From the NCBI GenBank assembly GCA_964016885.1, contig OZ024742.1:46376001-46440000 (forward strand): a stretch of DNA of 64,000 nt, given 5' to 3'. The stretch is from Eledone cirrhosa. Taxonomy: Eukaryota. A program made the position numbers and the translations under genes. The notes beneath the pieces are model-generated. The model worked only from the letters and a program-made list of their open reading frames with translations, ran no database searches and was not told where the DNA came from. Below are positions 50,701 through 63,808 of this stretch, in pieces. Position 1 is the stretch's first letter; each line of letters opens with the position of its first letter.

Positions 50701-51757
50701 GGGCCTCGTTTGTGAGACGAACCTTTCCCAGACTCGTCTCACTCACCGAGCTTCAATCCTGGGTCAAGCAAAGACCGAGAAAACTGGGCGCGTGGCACAC
50801 TGAGTGTGCCCAGGCGCTCACCGCCCTCTGGCAGGCGGATCCGGTTATCAGTGGAGACTCCACCGCAACATTCTATAGAGGGCTGGTACGCAGCAGGTGC
50901 GACGACGCCCTCGGAGAAGCCCTAGACATGGAGGAGGACGAACTGGCCAGCCTGTTCGGTAGGACATTCAGCCCGGGACCTATGGACAACTTCCAGAAGT
51001 CCCTGGCCTGGCAGTGCTACCGAGGGGCTTTACCCGTTCGAGAAAGGCTCTACAGACACGGGCGCCCGGGTAGGGACCCCGCCAAAAAGATCTGTCCCAG
51101 ATGCGTGTGCGACGAGGAAACCGTTGCACACGCATTAGTACACTGCTCGGGCGTAGCCGATCTGTGGGGCTGTCAAGGGTGGGACCGATCCGGTTGACCA
51201 CCGAGTCTATTGTAATGATCAAGCCGCCTCCCCCCTTCAAAGATGAAGCAGAGGCGGTGTTTCTGTGCGTAATAGCCATGGCGAAAGAGGTTGAATGGTG
51301 GACGCGTCTGAAAGGACTGAGGTCGGGCACCTTTCTCTCTGGCCAACAACTGGTCCGTTTCTTCCGATATCATTTCGGAAGAAGGATCAGGATGGAGAGA
51401 GAGGTGCTGCACCCCAGCCGTTTCTATGAAAGATGGGTGAAAGTGGCGAGAATGGCCCGTGTGAATGGGCCTTCACTCTACATCAGACTATAGGTGAGGA
51501 AGATGAAAGACCAAGGGAGCACCCCTTCTCTGTGCTCCTGAGGAGAAGGGTTGCACACTTTTTTCGGGGGTGTGTGCGACCCCCCAAGGCGCCTCCTCTC
51601 TATTGAGGATTTTGTTAAAAATTTTATTTTTTGTTATATCTTATTTTATTTTTATATTTTGTTATTGCCTCCTCCTTATTGAGGACGCCTTTTTGTGTAA
51701 ACTCCCCCCTTTGTACTTGTCCCACTTTTGATGCCCTAGTGGCAAATAAAAGAAATA
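47714..51757 (+). mobile_element. Copy H: Tx1-like LINE truncated in ORF1; mosaic of C and B/G types; ORF2 48072-51493 with a frameshifting deletion at ~51170
   Basis: ORFs 47712-48047, 48048-51197 and 51101-51493; 23-bp TSD at 47691-47713 / 51758-51780. Confidence 0.95.
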
Positions 51758-51768
51758 TATCTATCTAT

Positions 51769-54700
51769 TAATCTAGCTGTCGTCTGTTCTACAGCGTAGA
51801 TGTAATTCACTTCGCGCAGAAGTTTTGTTCAAATTTATTGCGGAAATTTTGTAAGTTCAATTTTAATTTTGATACTATTGTGTAGCTTGACCCCCCGTCT
51901 GAACTGTCAGGCGGTGGGTCAGCTCATCTTCGCCCCTCCCAGGGGTAAAAAACCTGTTTTAAAAAATTTTGTGACATAAAATTTCAATCGTCTGACAGAA
52001 ATGTTAAACGAAGCTAACGAAAATAGTGGTGGGGGGACAGCGGTAAGAGTTGTAAGCTCGCACGCTTTAGTCCCCCCTTCCTTCCCAACTAACGTCATAG
52101 AGAAGGAAAGAAAAAATAAAATAAAAACAGACGAATGTGCGGAGAAAAATGACGAAAACACAAATCTGGACATTGATTCCAACAACAAAAAAAAATTTGA
52201 AAAATTGCATGACAATATTATTACCACAAACAAAGACACAACAAACACAAAAATAACATTTGAAAACAACATCATAACAGAAAGCAAAGCAGGCGACAAA
52301 GTCAACACCAATAATATTTCATTTGCACAAACAACAAAGAAATCTTTGACATATATACCTGAAAATATTTCAGATGTGGCACAAAAAATTGAAAACACCA
52401 AACAATACATAACTCAAGGGGAAAATGGTATTTTATCGGTAAAAATGCCTCAAGAACTCACCAAAGACATTGAAAGTCAGACGGTCGTTTTCCGCACCAT
52501 CAACAACATTTCTAAAAAACCTCAACAACCAACACAAACAGAAATCAAAGCAGTACTTACAGAAGTACTTAATGAAACCACTTTCATAAGAAGAGACAGA
52601 CTGTATGGAAGCCTAGCGATTATTATGAAGAACGAATCGGCGGCAAAAAAATGTGCTTTGTCGCCGATTCGTTCGACAAATTTTACCTTTTATCCATCTT
52701 ATATGGGTAAAAGAACTCAGCGCATATGGCTGGATGCGATGATGCCAGATGTGGACTACTGCTGGCTCATAGCTGGCTTCATCGATCCAGCGAATGACAA
52801 CGTGATTTCCATTGGGAAAACCACAGGAAATGCGTTCAGTGGAACAGGTATAGAGCTGGTAGTGCAAATGAAGCCTGAACGCATCGCCCAAATACCCGAC
52901 AGAATCCTATTAGAGGACCACGGGTATATAAACATTAGCGTGGAGGGGAGAAGGCCGTCCTGCCATATCTGTGCAGGCAGAGGGCACCTGAAGGCGGCTT
53001 GTCCCCAACTCAACAAGAAGAAAACCCTGCTACCAACACCAGCTCCACCACCACCACAACACAAACAGTCACAACACATTACCCCAAAACAAAACACAGT
53101 CCCACCCAACCCCTCACTCAATAAAACAACACAACCACCGCAGCCACAACACACAACACAGTCTAACATAGTGACATCCATCTCCCCCACAAAGAAAACC
53201 AACACGGAAACATTACCAGCAAACATACCTCTTCGCTCCAACACTGAAGATAACCCAACGAATTCGGAGGAAGAAACGGAGTCCTTCAGACAGATTAAAA
53301 GGAAAAAAAGAAAACATGTGCAAAACACACAAGGCCAAACAACCCCTACCCAAATGTCAACACAATCCAACAAAACACAAAACACTCCTCCTGCAACAAA
53401 CAAAACCAAACCTGCCCCTCCCCTCTTCGAAACACTCACACCATCCGAAAAAAAGACATTACACTATACTTACATCAACAGAAACAATAATAAATTAAAT
53501 GAACTCATAAACAATAACCCTTCGGTACAAACCGAAGGTGTAAACTTTGTTTCTTCAGAAAACTACCCACATTTAAAATTAATAAAGATCCCAATGAACC
53601 TCTACCAAAAACTAAAAAAGGATTTTAAGGAGGACGTAGGACCACCCTCTGTCAAACCCATAAACCGCGTCCTACTAAAAAGATTTCCCTCTCCCCTTCC
53701 CCTCCCCAACACAACTCCAAACACCCCAACCCCACCACACACTGACGACCCCACACCACCACAAGACACCCCTTCACCCAACATCCCCGACCCCATGGAA
53801 GTCGTGCGACCCGAACCCCGGGAAGCAGAAAGGTAGGTCTCAACACTCTCCTTTGGCTTTGCCGCCCACATGGATGTGTTAAGAGTAGGATGTTTGAATG
53901 CACGTGGCCTGGGCTCAACTTGGAAGCAAGCAAAGCTTCTAAATGACCTCAGGTCACGTGGTATAAATGTAATGGTTATCTGTGAGACTCGGATCAGCGT
54001 CGTGCGGCAGCTGGCCCCTACCTTCGCGATGACTTTGAGGTGCATGCATCTCTCTGTCAACCTGGAGGTGGGGGAGGGGTTGTCGTTCTGCTGGAAAAAC
54101 ACCTGGGTTTCGCCGTACAGGTTGTTCACTCTGACCCGGAGGGCCGTTTGTTGGTGCTAGACATTGGCAGTAGTGAAGGTGCGGCCTTGAGACTGGGCGT
54201 CGTCTACTCCCCTTTCGGAGCTGAACGACCCGACTTCTTCCAGCGTCTGGAGACTTTTCTGGGAACGTCGCGTTCCCTGCTTCTAGCGGGGGATTGGAAT
54301 GACATCCTTGATGCACGTTGGGACTATGCAGGAGCATGTCCTAATAGAGGGGGGTGTAACAGCCTCAAGGGGTTACTCGACCGTTTTAACTTGGTCGATA
54401 GATATCGACTAAATTTTCCAACTGTGCCAACCTGGACTTGGACTAACCATTGTGGTCAATCTAGATCGTACTTAGATAGATTCTTAGTTAGAAGTAAGGA
54501 CATATTAAGCTGTCCAGAAATTCTCACGGTTGGCTATACGGATCACAAATTAGTGACCTGCGTAGTCAATCTCGAGAAAACACATAAACAGGGTCCCGGT
54601 TACTGGAAACTTAATTTGCCTTTACCGGCAAAAGAGACTTACAGAAACCGGATTAGCAGACTAGTTAAGGAGAGGTTGACGGGTGCAATCGTCAACAACC

Positions 54701-57514
54701 GATGGTGGGCATCTCTCAAAAGAGAGATTAGAACAGAATCAATAAGTTATAGCAAGATGTTAGCCGCCGATAGGAATAGAAACAAGAAAGAATTAACAGG
54801 TAAATTAGAAGAGGCAATCAAGAGCGAAGATGTGGCCAGAGTGCTGGCATCGAGGACGGCCTTGAGCCAGTTTTTCGATGCAAAGCACGAAGGCTGCGTC
54901 ATTCGAAGTAAAATACGTGCTCTAGGTAAATGGGGCCAAAGCCGTTGGCTGGGCCCGCGTGACAGAAGCTAAGAGTGGAAATCGATCCACCATCCGGTCT
55001 TTGCAAGACCAGGATGGACGGGTGATCCGGGAGCCTAAGCAGATGTGCGAGGCCTTTCAAAGGCACTTTGCCCGATTATTCGGGGGAGGCGAGGGTCCGG
55101 GCGGGGACGTGGATTTCGGTCCATACCTCGACGGCCTGCCGCGTCTCTCGAGTGAAGAGGCAGAGTCCTGCGAGGGACCAACCTCGGCTGATGACATCGG
55201 GGATCCGCTGAGCTAATGCAGCAGACGCAAATCTCCAGGTCTCGATGGTATACCTTACGAACTTTATTTAGCAATGCCGGTCTTCTTCTCCGAACTCCTC
55301 GAAGCGGTCTACTGCAATTGGCAGCAGAACGGGAGAATTCCTTGTTCTGTAGCCAAGGGCGTAGTCTCGCTGGTGAGGAAGGACGAGAACAAGGGGGATA
55401 GTATAAGCAATTTTCGGCCCATAACCCTGCTAAACACAGAGTTAAAGATTTTGGCCAAGGTGTTAGCAAAGAGGTTGGCGCTTGTCGTGGGTGGCCTGGT
55501 GAGAGATGCGCAGACATGTGCTATCCCATCCAGGTCCATTTACGATAACCTCCACCTCATGCGATACATCATAGAGAGGGTTGGTAACAAACCCGGCTTC
55601 GGTGGGGCCCTGATCAACTTGGATCAGTCTAAGGCCTTCGATAGGGTCGACCATGGTTACCTGGATGCGGTGCTAGCGGCGGCTGGGTTCGGTCCTGTTT
55701 TCAGAGGCTGGATCACTGCCTTACATAGCAACCACCTCTGTTCTAGGATCAAGGTGAACGGCTACCTTTCGAAGCCGTTCGAAATCACACGATCCATTCG
55801 ACAGGGGTGCCCTCTCTCCTCCCTTCAGTACGTATTGACTCTCGAGCCTTTACTGAGGAAGTTGGAGTTGTTGCAGGGTATCCTCCTGGAACCAGGATTG
55901 AGAAAAGCGGTGTCGGCCTACGCCGATGACGTAACAGCAATGGTATCGACCGACTCGGAGATCGAGGCGATCGGTACCTTACTGGAGGATTATGAAAGGT
56001 TGTCAGGAGCGAAACTGAACCGGGAAAAATCCATCGGGCTGCAACTCGGAACGTGGAGAGGCAGACTGATGCCTACCGACAGTGTCGTCGGACACTGGAC
56101 GGAGGGCCCGGTGAAGTTGCTTGGGGTCTGGTTTGGACCGGACCTCCAGGTGGAAAAGAACTGGGACGAGGTTACGTGCAAGGTGTTTGCACTAACCCAG
56201 AAATGGGCCAAGTGTAAGCTGTCCCTAAAAGGTCGGGCGGAGGTGGCGAACATTTACATAGCGTCCGTCACTTACTACCGCCTGACTGTCGTGCCTTGCC
56301 CTAAGGAAACACTCACCACCATGGAACGCATGCTCTTCCAATTTCTTTGGAAGAAGCGCCCTCCTATGGTGAGAAGATCCATCTGCTGCCAACAACCTTC
56401 GAAAGGAGGGCTGGGGATGCCGTGGTTGATGATGCGTAGGCACGCATAGAGGCTACGGCACCTACAGGTATTCCTCACTGGCCAACCGGTGTGGGCTCCG
56501 TTCGTGAAACGAGCCTTTCCGAGACTCGTCTCGCTCACCGAGCTGCAGTCCTGGGTCAAGCAAAGATCCGGAAAACTGGGAGACTGGCACACTGAGCGTG
56601 CCCAGGCGCTCAGGGCTCTCTGGCAAGCGGGCCAGGCCATCGGTGGAGAATTAACCTCATCATTCTATAGAGGGCTGGTGGCTAGCAGGGGCGATGACAC
56701 CCTTGGAGAGTCGCTGGACATGGAAGAGGACGAACTAGCCAGCCTGTTCGGTAGGACTTTCGGCCCGGGGCCAATGGACAACTTCCAGAAGTCACTAGCC
56801 TGGCAGTGCTACCGGGGGGCTCTACCCGTTCGAGAGAGGCTCTACAGATACGGGCGCCCGGGCAGGGATCCCTCGAAACAGATTTGCCCTAGATGCGTGC
56901 ATCACGAAGAAACCGTTGCGCACGCATTAGTACAATGTCCGGGCGTGGCTGATCTGTGGGGCTACGCCGAACGACTGCTGTCGCGGGTGGCGCCGATTCG
57001 ATTGACCGCCGAGTCCGTGATGACAATCAAGCCGCCTCCCCTCTTCACAAAGGAAGCAAAGGCGGTTTTTCTGTGCGTAATAGCCATGTTGAAAGAGGTT
57101 GTTTGGTGGACACGATTGAAAGGTCTGAGGTCAGGCAACTTCCTCTCTGGCCATAGTCTGGTCTACTTCTTCCGATATCACTTCGGAAGAAGGATAAGAA
57201 TGGAGAGAGAGGTGCTTGGCCACAGGCAGTTTTATGAAAGGTGGGTGATAGTGCGAGAATGGCTCGTGTAAATGGGCCTACTCTGTATACCATCCTGTAG
57301 GTAAAGAAGTGAAGGAGAGGGGAGCACCTTCTCCATGTGCTCTCCGGGCAAAGGATTGCACACTTTTTCGGGTGTGTGTGCAATCCCCATCACGCCCCCT
57401 CCCTTTTGAGGTTGTTTTCGATTATTTTCATTTTATACCCTTTTTACTCGATTTTATGTAAACTCCCCCTTTGTATTTGTCCCTTCTTTTTATGCCTTTA
57501 TGGTAAATAAAGAA

Positions 57515-57515
<1 letters not shown>
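51769..57515 (+). mobile_element. Copy D2: full-length Tx1-like LINE, subfamily D; ORF2 (53870-57300) disrupted
   Basis: Same 5' end as D1 (aatctagctgtcgtctgttctaca); ORF2 broken by frameshifts and by stops at ~55214 and ~56447. Confidence 0.95.
52001..53836 (+). CDS. Intact ORF1p, 611 aa, with CCHC zinc knuckle
   Basis: ATG to TAG uninterrupted; CHICAGRGHLKAAC; homologous to the ORF1s of C, G and E. Confidence 0.9.
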   Translation: MLNEANENSGGGTAVRVVSSHALVPPSFPTNVIEKERKNKIKTDECAEKNDENTNLDIDSNNKKKFEKLHDNIITTNKDTTNTKITFENNIITESKAGDKVNTNNISFAQTTKKSLTYIPENISDVAQKIENTKQYITQGENGILSVKMPQELTKDIESQTVVFRTINNISKKPQQPTQTEIKAVLTEVLNETTFIRRDRLYGSLAIIMKNESAAKKCALSPIRSTNFTFYPSYMGKRTQRIWLDAMMPDVDYCWLIAGFIDPANDNVISIGKTTGNAFSGTGIELVVQMKPERIAQIPDRILLEDHGYINISVEGRRPSCHICAGRGHLKAACPQLNKKKTLLPTPAPPPPQHKQSQHITPKQNTVPPNPSLNKTTQPPQPQHTTQSNIVTSISPTKKTNTETLPANIPLRSNTEDNPTNSEEETESFRQIKRKKRKHVQNTQGQTTPTQMSTQSNKTQNTPPATNKTKPAPPLFETLTPSEKKTLHYTYINRNNNKLNELINNNPSVQTEGVNFVSSENYPHLKLIKIPMNLYQKLKKDFKEDVGPPSVKPINRVLLKRFPSPLPLPNTTPNTPTPPHTDDPTPPQDTPSPNIPDPMEVVRPEPREAER

Positions 57516-57603
<88 letters not shown>

Positions 57604-57604
<1 letters not shown>

Positions 57605-58582
57605 GGCACACCGAGTGTGCCCAGGCGCTCACGGCTCTCTAGCAGGCGAACTCGGCTGTCAGTGGAGAATCCACCTCGTCATTCTATAGAGGGCTGGTGG
57701 TTAGCAGGTGCGACGACGCTCTCGGAGAAGCCCTAGGCATGGAAGAAGACGAACTGGCCAAGCTGTTCGGTAGGACATTCAGCCCGGGACCCATGGATAA
57801 CTTCCAGAGGTCCCTGGCCTGGCAGTGCTACAGAAGGGCTCTGCCCATTCGAGAAAGGCTCTACAGACACGGGCGCCCGGGTAGGGACCACTCGAAAAAG
57901 ATCTGTCCTAGATGCGTGTGCGACGAGGAAACCGTTACACACGCATTGGTACACTGCTCGGGCATTGCCGATCTGTGGGGCTATGTCGAACAACTGCTGT
58001 CAAGGGTGGGACCGATCCGGTTGACCACCGAGTCTATTGTAACGATCAAGCCGCCTCTCCTCTTCAAAAACGAAGGAGAGGCGGTGTTTCTGTGCGTAAT
58101 AGCCATGGCGAAAGAGGTTGTATGGTGGACGCGTCTGAAAGGACTGAGGTCAGACGCCTTTCTCTCTGGCCAACAACTGGTCCGTTTCTTCCGATATCAT
58201 TTCGGAAGAAGGATCAGGATGGAGAGAGAGGTGCTGCACCCCAGCCGTTTTTATGAAAGATGGGTGAAAGTGGCGAGAATGGCCCGTGTGAATGGGCCTT
58301 CACTCTACATCAGACTATAGGTGAGGAAGATGAAAGATCAAGGGACCACCCCCTCTCTGTGCTCCCGAGGAGAAGGGTTGCACACTTTTTTCGGGGGTGT
58401 GTGCGACCCCCCAAGGCGCCCCCTCCCTATTGAGGATTTTGTTATAAAATTTATTTTGTTATATTTTATTTTATTTTTATACTTTGTTATTGCCTCCTCC
58501 TTATTGAGGACGCCTTTTCATGTAAACTCCCCCCATTGTATTTGTCCCATTTTTTTATGCCCTGGTGGCAAATAAAAAGAAA
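57604..58582 (+). mobile_element. Copy I: 5'-truncated C-type LINE (last ~1 kb)
   Basis: ORF 57697-58320 ends GPSLYIRL; TATC at 57516-57603 and 58585-58677. Confidence 0.94.
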
Positions 58583-58583
58583 T

Positions 58584-58677
<94 letters not shown>

Positions 58678-61600
58678 GGGATGGACACACGCGTGAAACT
58701 TGCTGGGTAAGTGTTGCCTAAATTTCTATAGAAATTCCTAACTATAAACCTTCATTTTTATACCAATTTGTAGAGGGACTGCCAGGTCAAATTTTGATCT
58801 GGTCAGTCTCTCAAAATATTCTACGCCTTTAGGCGAAATAGTTCACAAAAAGTTTTTTTTGGAAAAGCTAACATTTAAAAAAAAATCGCTGAAGCTTCTT
58901 GTCTCAAACAAAACCCGAAAACCGACCCAACTTTCACAAGGCGAAATTGAGTTGGTTTTAGAAGATACCTTAAAAGACATTGCTTTCATTCAGAAGGGTA
59001 GACTCTACGGGAGTTTATGTATTCTGATGAAAGACTAACTGACGGCACAGAAATACTCTGTGTCGCCAATAGTGTCACCGTTGTTCACCGTTTTCCCCAC
59101 TTACATGGGGAAAAGAACACAGACAATAAAAATCCAAAGTATCACACCAAATATTGATATTTGGTGGGTACTATGTGGATTTTTAAACCTAGAAAAAGAC
59201 AATAATATCGGTAGGTAAGTCCTCCGGCGACCTGTTCAGCGGAACTAGACTGGAAATTCTGGTCCAAATGACACCAGAACGAATAGCTAGGATCCCGGAA
59301 CGTGTGCTGCTGGATGTACTTATATACATAAACATTTCGGTCGAGGGTAGGCGGCCCTCATGTTACCACTGCCTAAGCAGGGCTCACCTGAGAGCTTCCT
59401 GTCCTCGGCTAACTAGCCAAAAAAAGGCACTACTGCCAACACCTGCAACACCAGCACAACAATCACCACCACCACCACAACAACAACAACATAAAAAATA
59501 GTCACAACAAAACAAACGACAAACACAGTCGCACCCAACCCCTCCCCACCTAAAACAACTCCAGAAACACCCACACACATAACAGATCCCCAAAATGTAC
59601 CCTCCCCAACAACACGGATGAGGCCTCATCATCGTCACCCAGTGACGAAGAGGGAGAACCTTTCCGAGCAGTAAAAAGAAAAAAGAAAAGACATAACACA
59701 AACAAAAATGCAACAAACACACAAACACCAACACAAGCGACGCAAACAGCACAAACAAAAACACCCACTCCTGAAAATAAAACACCTACTACAAAACGTA
59801 AACACACACAAGAATCACAGAAAAAAAGCAACACAACACAACAAAAATGTTACACCTACATAAATACTAACAATCAAACTTTAACAGACACCATATATAA
59901 AAACCCTTCGGTGGAGACCGAAGGGAAAACTTTTACACACTCTTCGGAGAATCCTAATCTTAAAATGATTAGGACCTCCATGGACACACATAAACAGTTA
60001 AAAGAAAAATGTCCTCATGACGTAGGTAACCCCTGCGTCAAACCCTATAACCGCGTCCTTTTGAAATGTTTCCCCACCCTACTTCAGACACTCCCACACC
60101 AGACACCCCCACCCCACCAAACATCTCCGTCCCCACCCCGCCAGAGACCACCACTCCACCAAACAACCCCTCCAACACCCCCATGGAAATTGTGCAGCCT
60201 GGTCCCCAGGAGACGAAGAGGAGAGTGATTTCTTTTCCACCTCTTTTAACTTTTCAGCACCAACATGGCCAATATAAGAGTTGGATGTGTGAATGTACGC
60301 GGCCTGGGGATGCCCTGGAAACAGGGCAAACTCTTAAACGAAATCAGGTCGCACAGTATGGATGTAGTAGCCATTTGCGAGTCTAGGATCTACAGCGAGC
60401 GACAACTGGCCCCCATCTTCGACGACTTTGAGATCTACGCATCTCTCTGTCAGCCGGGGGGTTGGGGTGGGGTTGCCGTTTTGCTGCAGAAACACCTGGA
60501 CCTCGTAACACAGACGGTACATCTGGACCCGGAGGGTCGACTGGTGGCCGCATATGCCCCTTCCGGGACACCGCGGCCAGACTTCTTCAAACGTCTAGAG
60601 ACTTTTCTGGGAACGTCCCCCTCCCTGCTGTTAGTGGGGGACTGGAATGGAATCCTAGATGCACGTTTGGACTATGTGGGAGCATGTCCCGATAGAGGGG
60701 GGTGGGTGTAACAGCCTCAAACAGTTAATCGGCCGATTTGACCTGGCCGATAGATATCGACTAGATTTTCCGACTGTGCCACTGTGGACGTGGACTAATT
60801 GTAGCGGAACATCTAGATCACACCTAGATAGGGTTCTAGTTAGAAAGAAGGATAGGGACATGTTAAGCTGTCCACAAATGTTCATGGTTGCCTATTCAGA
60901 TCACAAATTAGTGACCTGCTTAGTCAACCTTGACAAAACCCATAGACAGGGACCCGGCTACTGGAAGCTGAACTTGTCGTTACCGACATGCAAAGCCTAC
61001 AGTAGACGGATTAGCACTTTAGTTAAGCAACACTTGACGGGGGCCATTGTCAACAACAGATGGTGGTACTCTCTCAAGAGGGCAGTTAGATTAGACTCGA
61101 TAGGTTTTAGTAAAGCATTAGTGTTAGATAGAAATAAGACCGAAAAGGAACTGGTAGATAAAGTAGAAGAGGCACTTAGGAGTGGCAACGTAGCCAGCGT
61201 CTTATCGACGAGAACGGCCTTGGACCAGTTCTTCGACGCAAAGCATGAAGGCTGCGTTGTCAGAAGCAAAGTGCGTGCTCTGGGAAACGAGGGAGCCAAA
61301 GTTGTTAGCTGGGCCCGAGTGACGGAGGCGAAAAGTGGCAACAAGTCCACGATTCGGTCTTTGAAGGACCAAGACGGACGCGTGATACGTGAGCCGAAGC
61401 AAATGTGCGTGGCCTTTCAGCGACACTTTGCTCAACTGTTCGGGCAGGGCGGCGCGCCGAGAGGGGCTATGGATTTCGGTCCATACCTCGACGGCCTACC
61501 GCGACTCTCGGACAGCGAGGCGAAGTTCTGCGAAAGGCCGATTTCGGCCGCTGAGATAAGGCACGCGCTAAGCCAAAGCGGCAAACGCAAATCTCCAGGT

Positions 61601-63801
61601 ATCGACGGTCTATCCTACGAATTTTACGTAGCAATTCTCCGGTCTCCTGGAGGCGGTCTACTGCAACTGGCAGCAGAACGGGAGAATTCCCAGTTCTGTG
61701 ACCAAGGGCGTAGTCACGTTAGTCAGGAAGGACGAGAATTAGGGGGATGACATAGGCAACTTCCGGCCCATAACTCTGCTCAACACAGAGTTACAGATTT
61801 TGGCCAAGGTGTTGGCAAAGAGGCTGGCACTTGTCGTTGAAAACCTGGTGGGAGAAGCGCAGACATGCGCAATCCCGACCAGATCCATACACGACAACCT
61901 CCACCTCATGCGATACATCATAGAGAGGGTAGGGTGTAAACCCGGCTTCGGTGGGGCCCTGATCAACTTGGATCAGTCTAAGGCTTTCAATAGTGTTGAC
62001 CATCGTTACCTGGATGCGGTGTTCGAGACGGCAGGCTTCGGACCCGTGTTCAGGGGCTGGATTGCTGCAATGCACAGCAGCAACATCTGCTCAAGGGTCA
62101 ATGTTCCATATCACGCGATCCATCCGAGAGGGATGCCCTCTCTCCTTCCTTCTGTACGTACTGACTCTCGAGCCACTACTGCGGAAGTTGGAGCTATTGC
62201 AGGGCATCCCCTTGGAACCTACGCCGACGACGTGACAGTAATGGTGTCGAGCACCTCGCAAATCGAGGAGGTCGGCACCTTACTGGAGGAATACGAAAGG
62301 TTCACAGCTGAACCGGGACAAATCCGTCGGTTTGCAACTCCTCGGAACGTGGAGAGGCAAACTGATGTCTTCCGATGGCGCTGTCGGACGCTGGATGGAA
62401 GGACGGTAAAGCTTCTCGGGGTCTGGTTTGGTCCGGACCTCCAGGTGGAGAAGAACTGGAACGAGGTGACGGCCAAGGTGTTTGCGCTCACCCAGAAGTG
62501 GGCCGAGTGCAAACTATCCTTGAAAGCTCGAACGGAGGTGGCGAACACTTTTATAGCGTCCGTCATCTACTACCGCTTGACCGTCGTACCTTGTCCAGCC
62601 AAAACGCTCACCAAAATGGAGTGCGCTCTCTTCCATTCCTTTGGAAGAAACGGGCTCCTTTGGTGAGAAGATCCATCTGCTGCCAACATCCTTCAAACGG
62701 AGGGCTGGGGTGCAGTGGCTGACGATGCGCAAACACGCGCTCAGGCAGCAGCACCTCCACGTATTGCTCACCAGACAACCGGTGTGGGTCCCGTTCGTGA
62801 GGTGAGCCTTCCCACGACTCGTCTCGCTGACCGAGCTGCAGTCCTGGGTCAAGAAAAGACCGAGGAAAATGAACGACTGGCACATCGAATGTGCTCAGGC
62901 GCTCACAGCCCTCTGGCAGGCGGACCCAGCGATCAGTGGAGACTCCACTCCGACATTCTATAGAGGGTTGGTCCGCAGCAAGTGCGACGACACGCTCGGA
63001 GAAACTCTAGGCGTAGAGGAGGACGAACTGGCCAGTCTGTTCGGTAGGACCTTCCTCCCGGGACCAATGGACAACTTCCAAAAGTCCCTGGCCTGGCAGT
63101 GCCACCGAGGAGCTCTACCAGTTCCAGACAAGCTCTACAGACACGGGCGCCCGGGTAGGGACCCTTCGAAAAAGATCTGTCCGAGATGCGTGCGCGACGA
63201 GGAAACCGTCGCGCTCGCATTTGTACATTGCCCGGGCGTTACCGACCTGTGGGGCTATGTAGAACGACTATTGTCGCGGGTGGGACCAATCCAGTTGACC
63301 ACCGGGTCCATTGTCATGATCAAACCGCCACCCTCCTTCAAAAACGAGGGTGAGGTGCTTTTCCTATGTGTTATGGCTATGGTGAAAGAGGTTATATGGT
63401 TAAAAGGGCTGAGGTCTCTCCGGCGCGCAACTGATTCGTTTTTTCAAATATCATTTTGGAAGAAGAATCAGGATGGAGAGAGAGGTGCTGTACCCCAGCA
63501 AATTTTATAAAAGGTCGGTGAATGTGACAAAGATGGCCCGAGTGGTTGGGCCTTCTCTCTATATAAGCCTGTAGGTTGAGAAGAAGAGGAAGGGAGGAAG
63601 CGAGTACTCACTCTTGGTGCTCCTGGAGATGAGGGTTGTACATTTTTTCGGGGTGTGTACAACCCCTGTGTAACACCTCCCCCCTATTGGGTATTTCAAT
63701 TATTTGTTATTTTATTAATAGTTTTATTTTCATATACCTGTATGTAAGCTCCCCATTTATATTTGTCCCCTTCTTTTGTGCCCTTGTGGCTAATAAAGAA
63801 A
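58678..63801 (+). mobile_element. Copy E: 5'-complete but heavily mutated Tx1-like LINE (A/E subfamily)
   Basis: 5' UTR like C/G; ORF1 start mutated with an N-terminal deletion at ~58900; CYHCLSRAHLRASC; ORF2 from 60265 to TAG 63574 with many indels. Confidence 0.93.
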
Positions 63802-63808
63802 TTTATCT

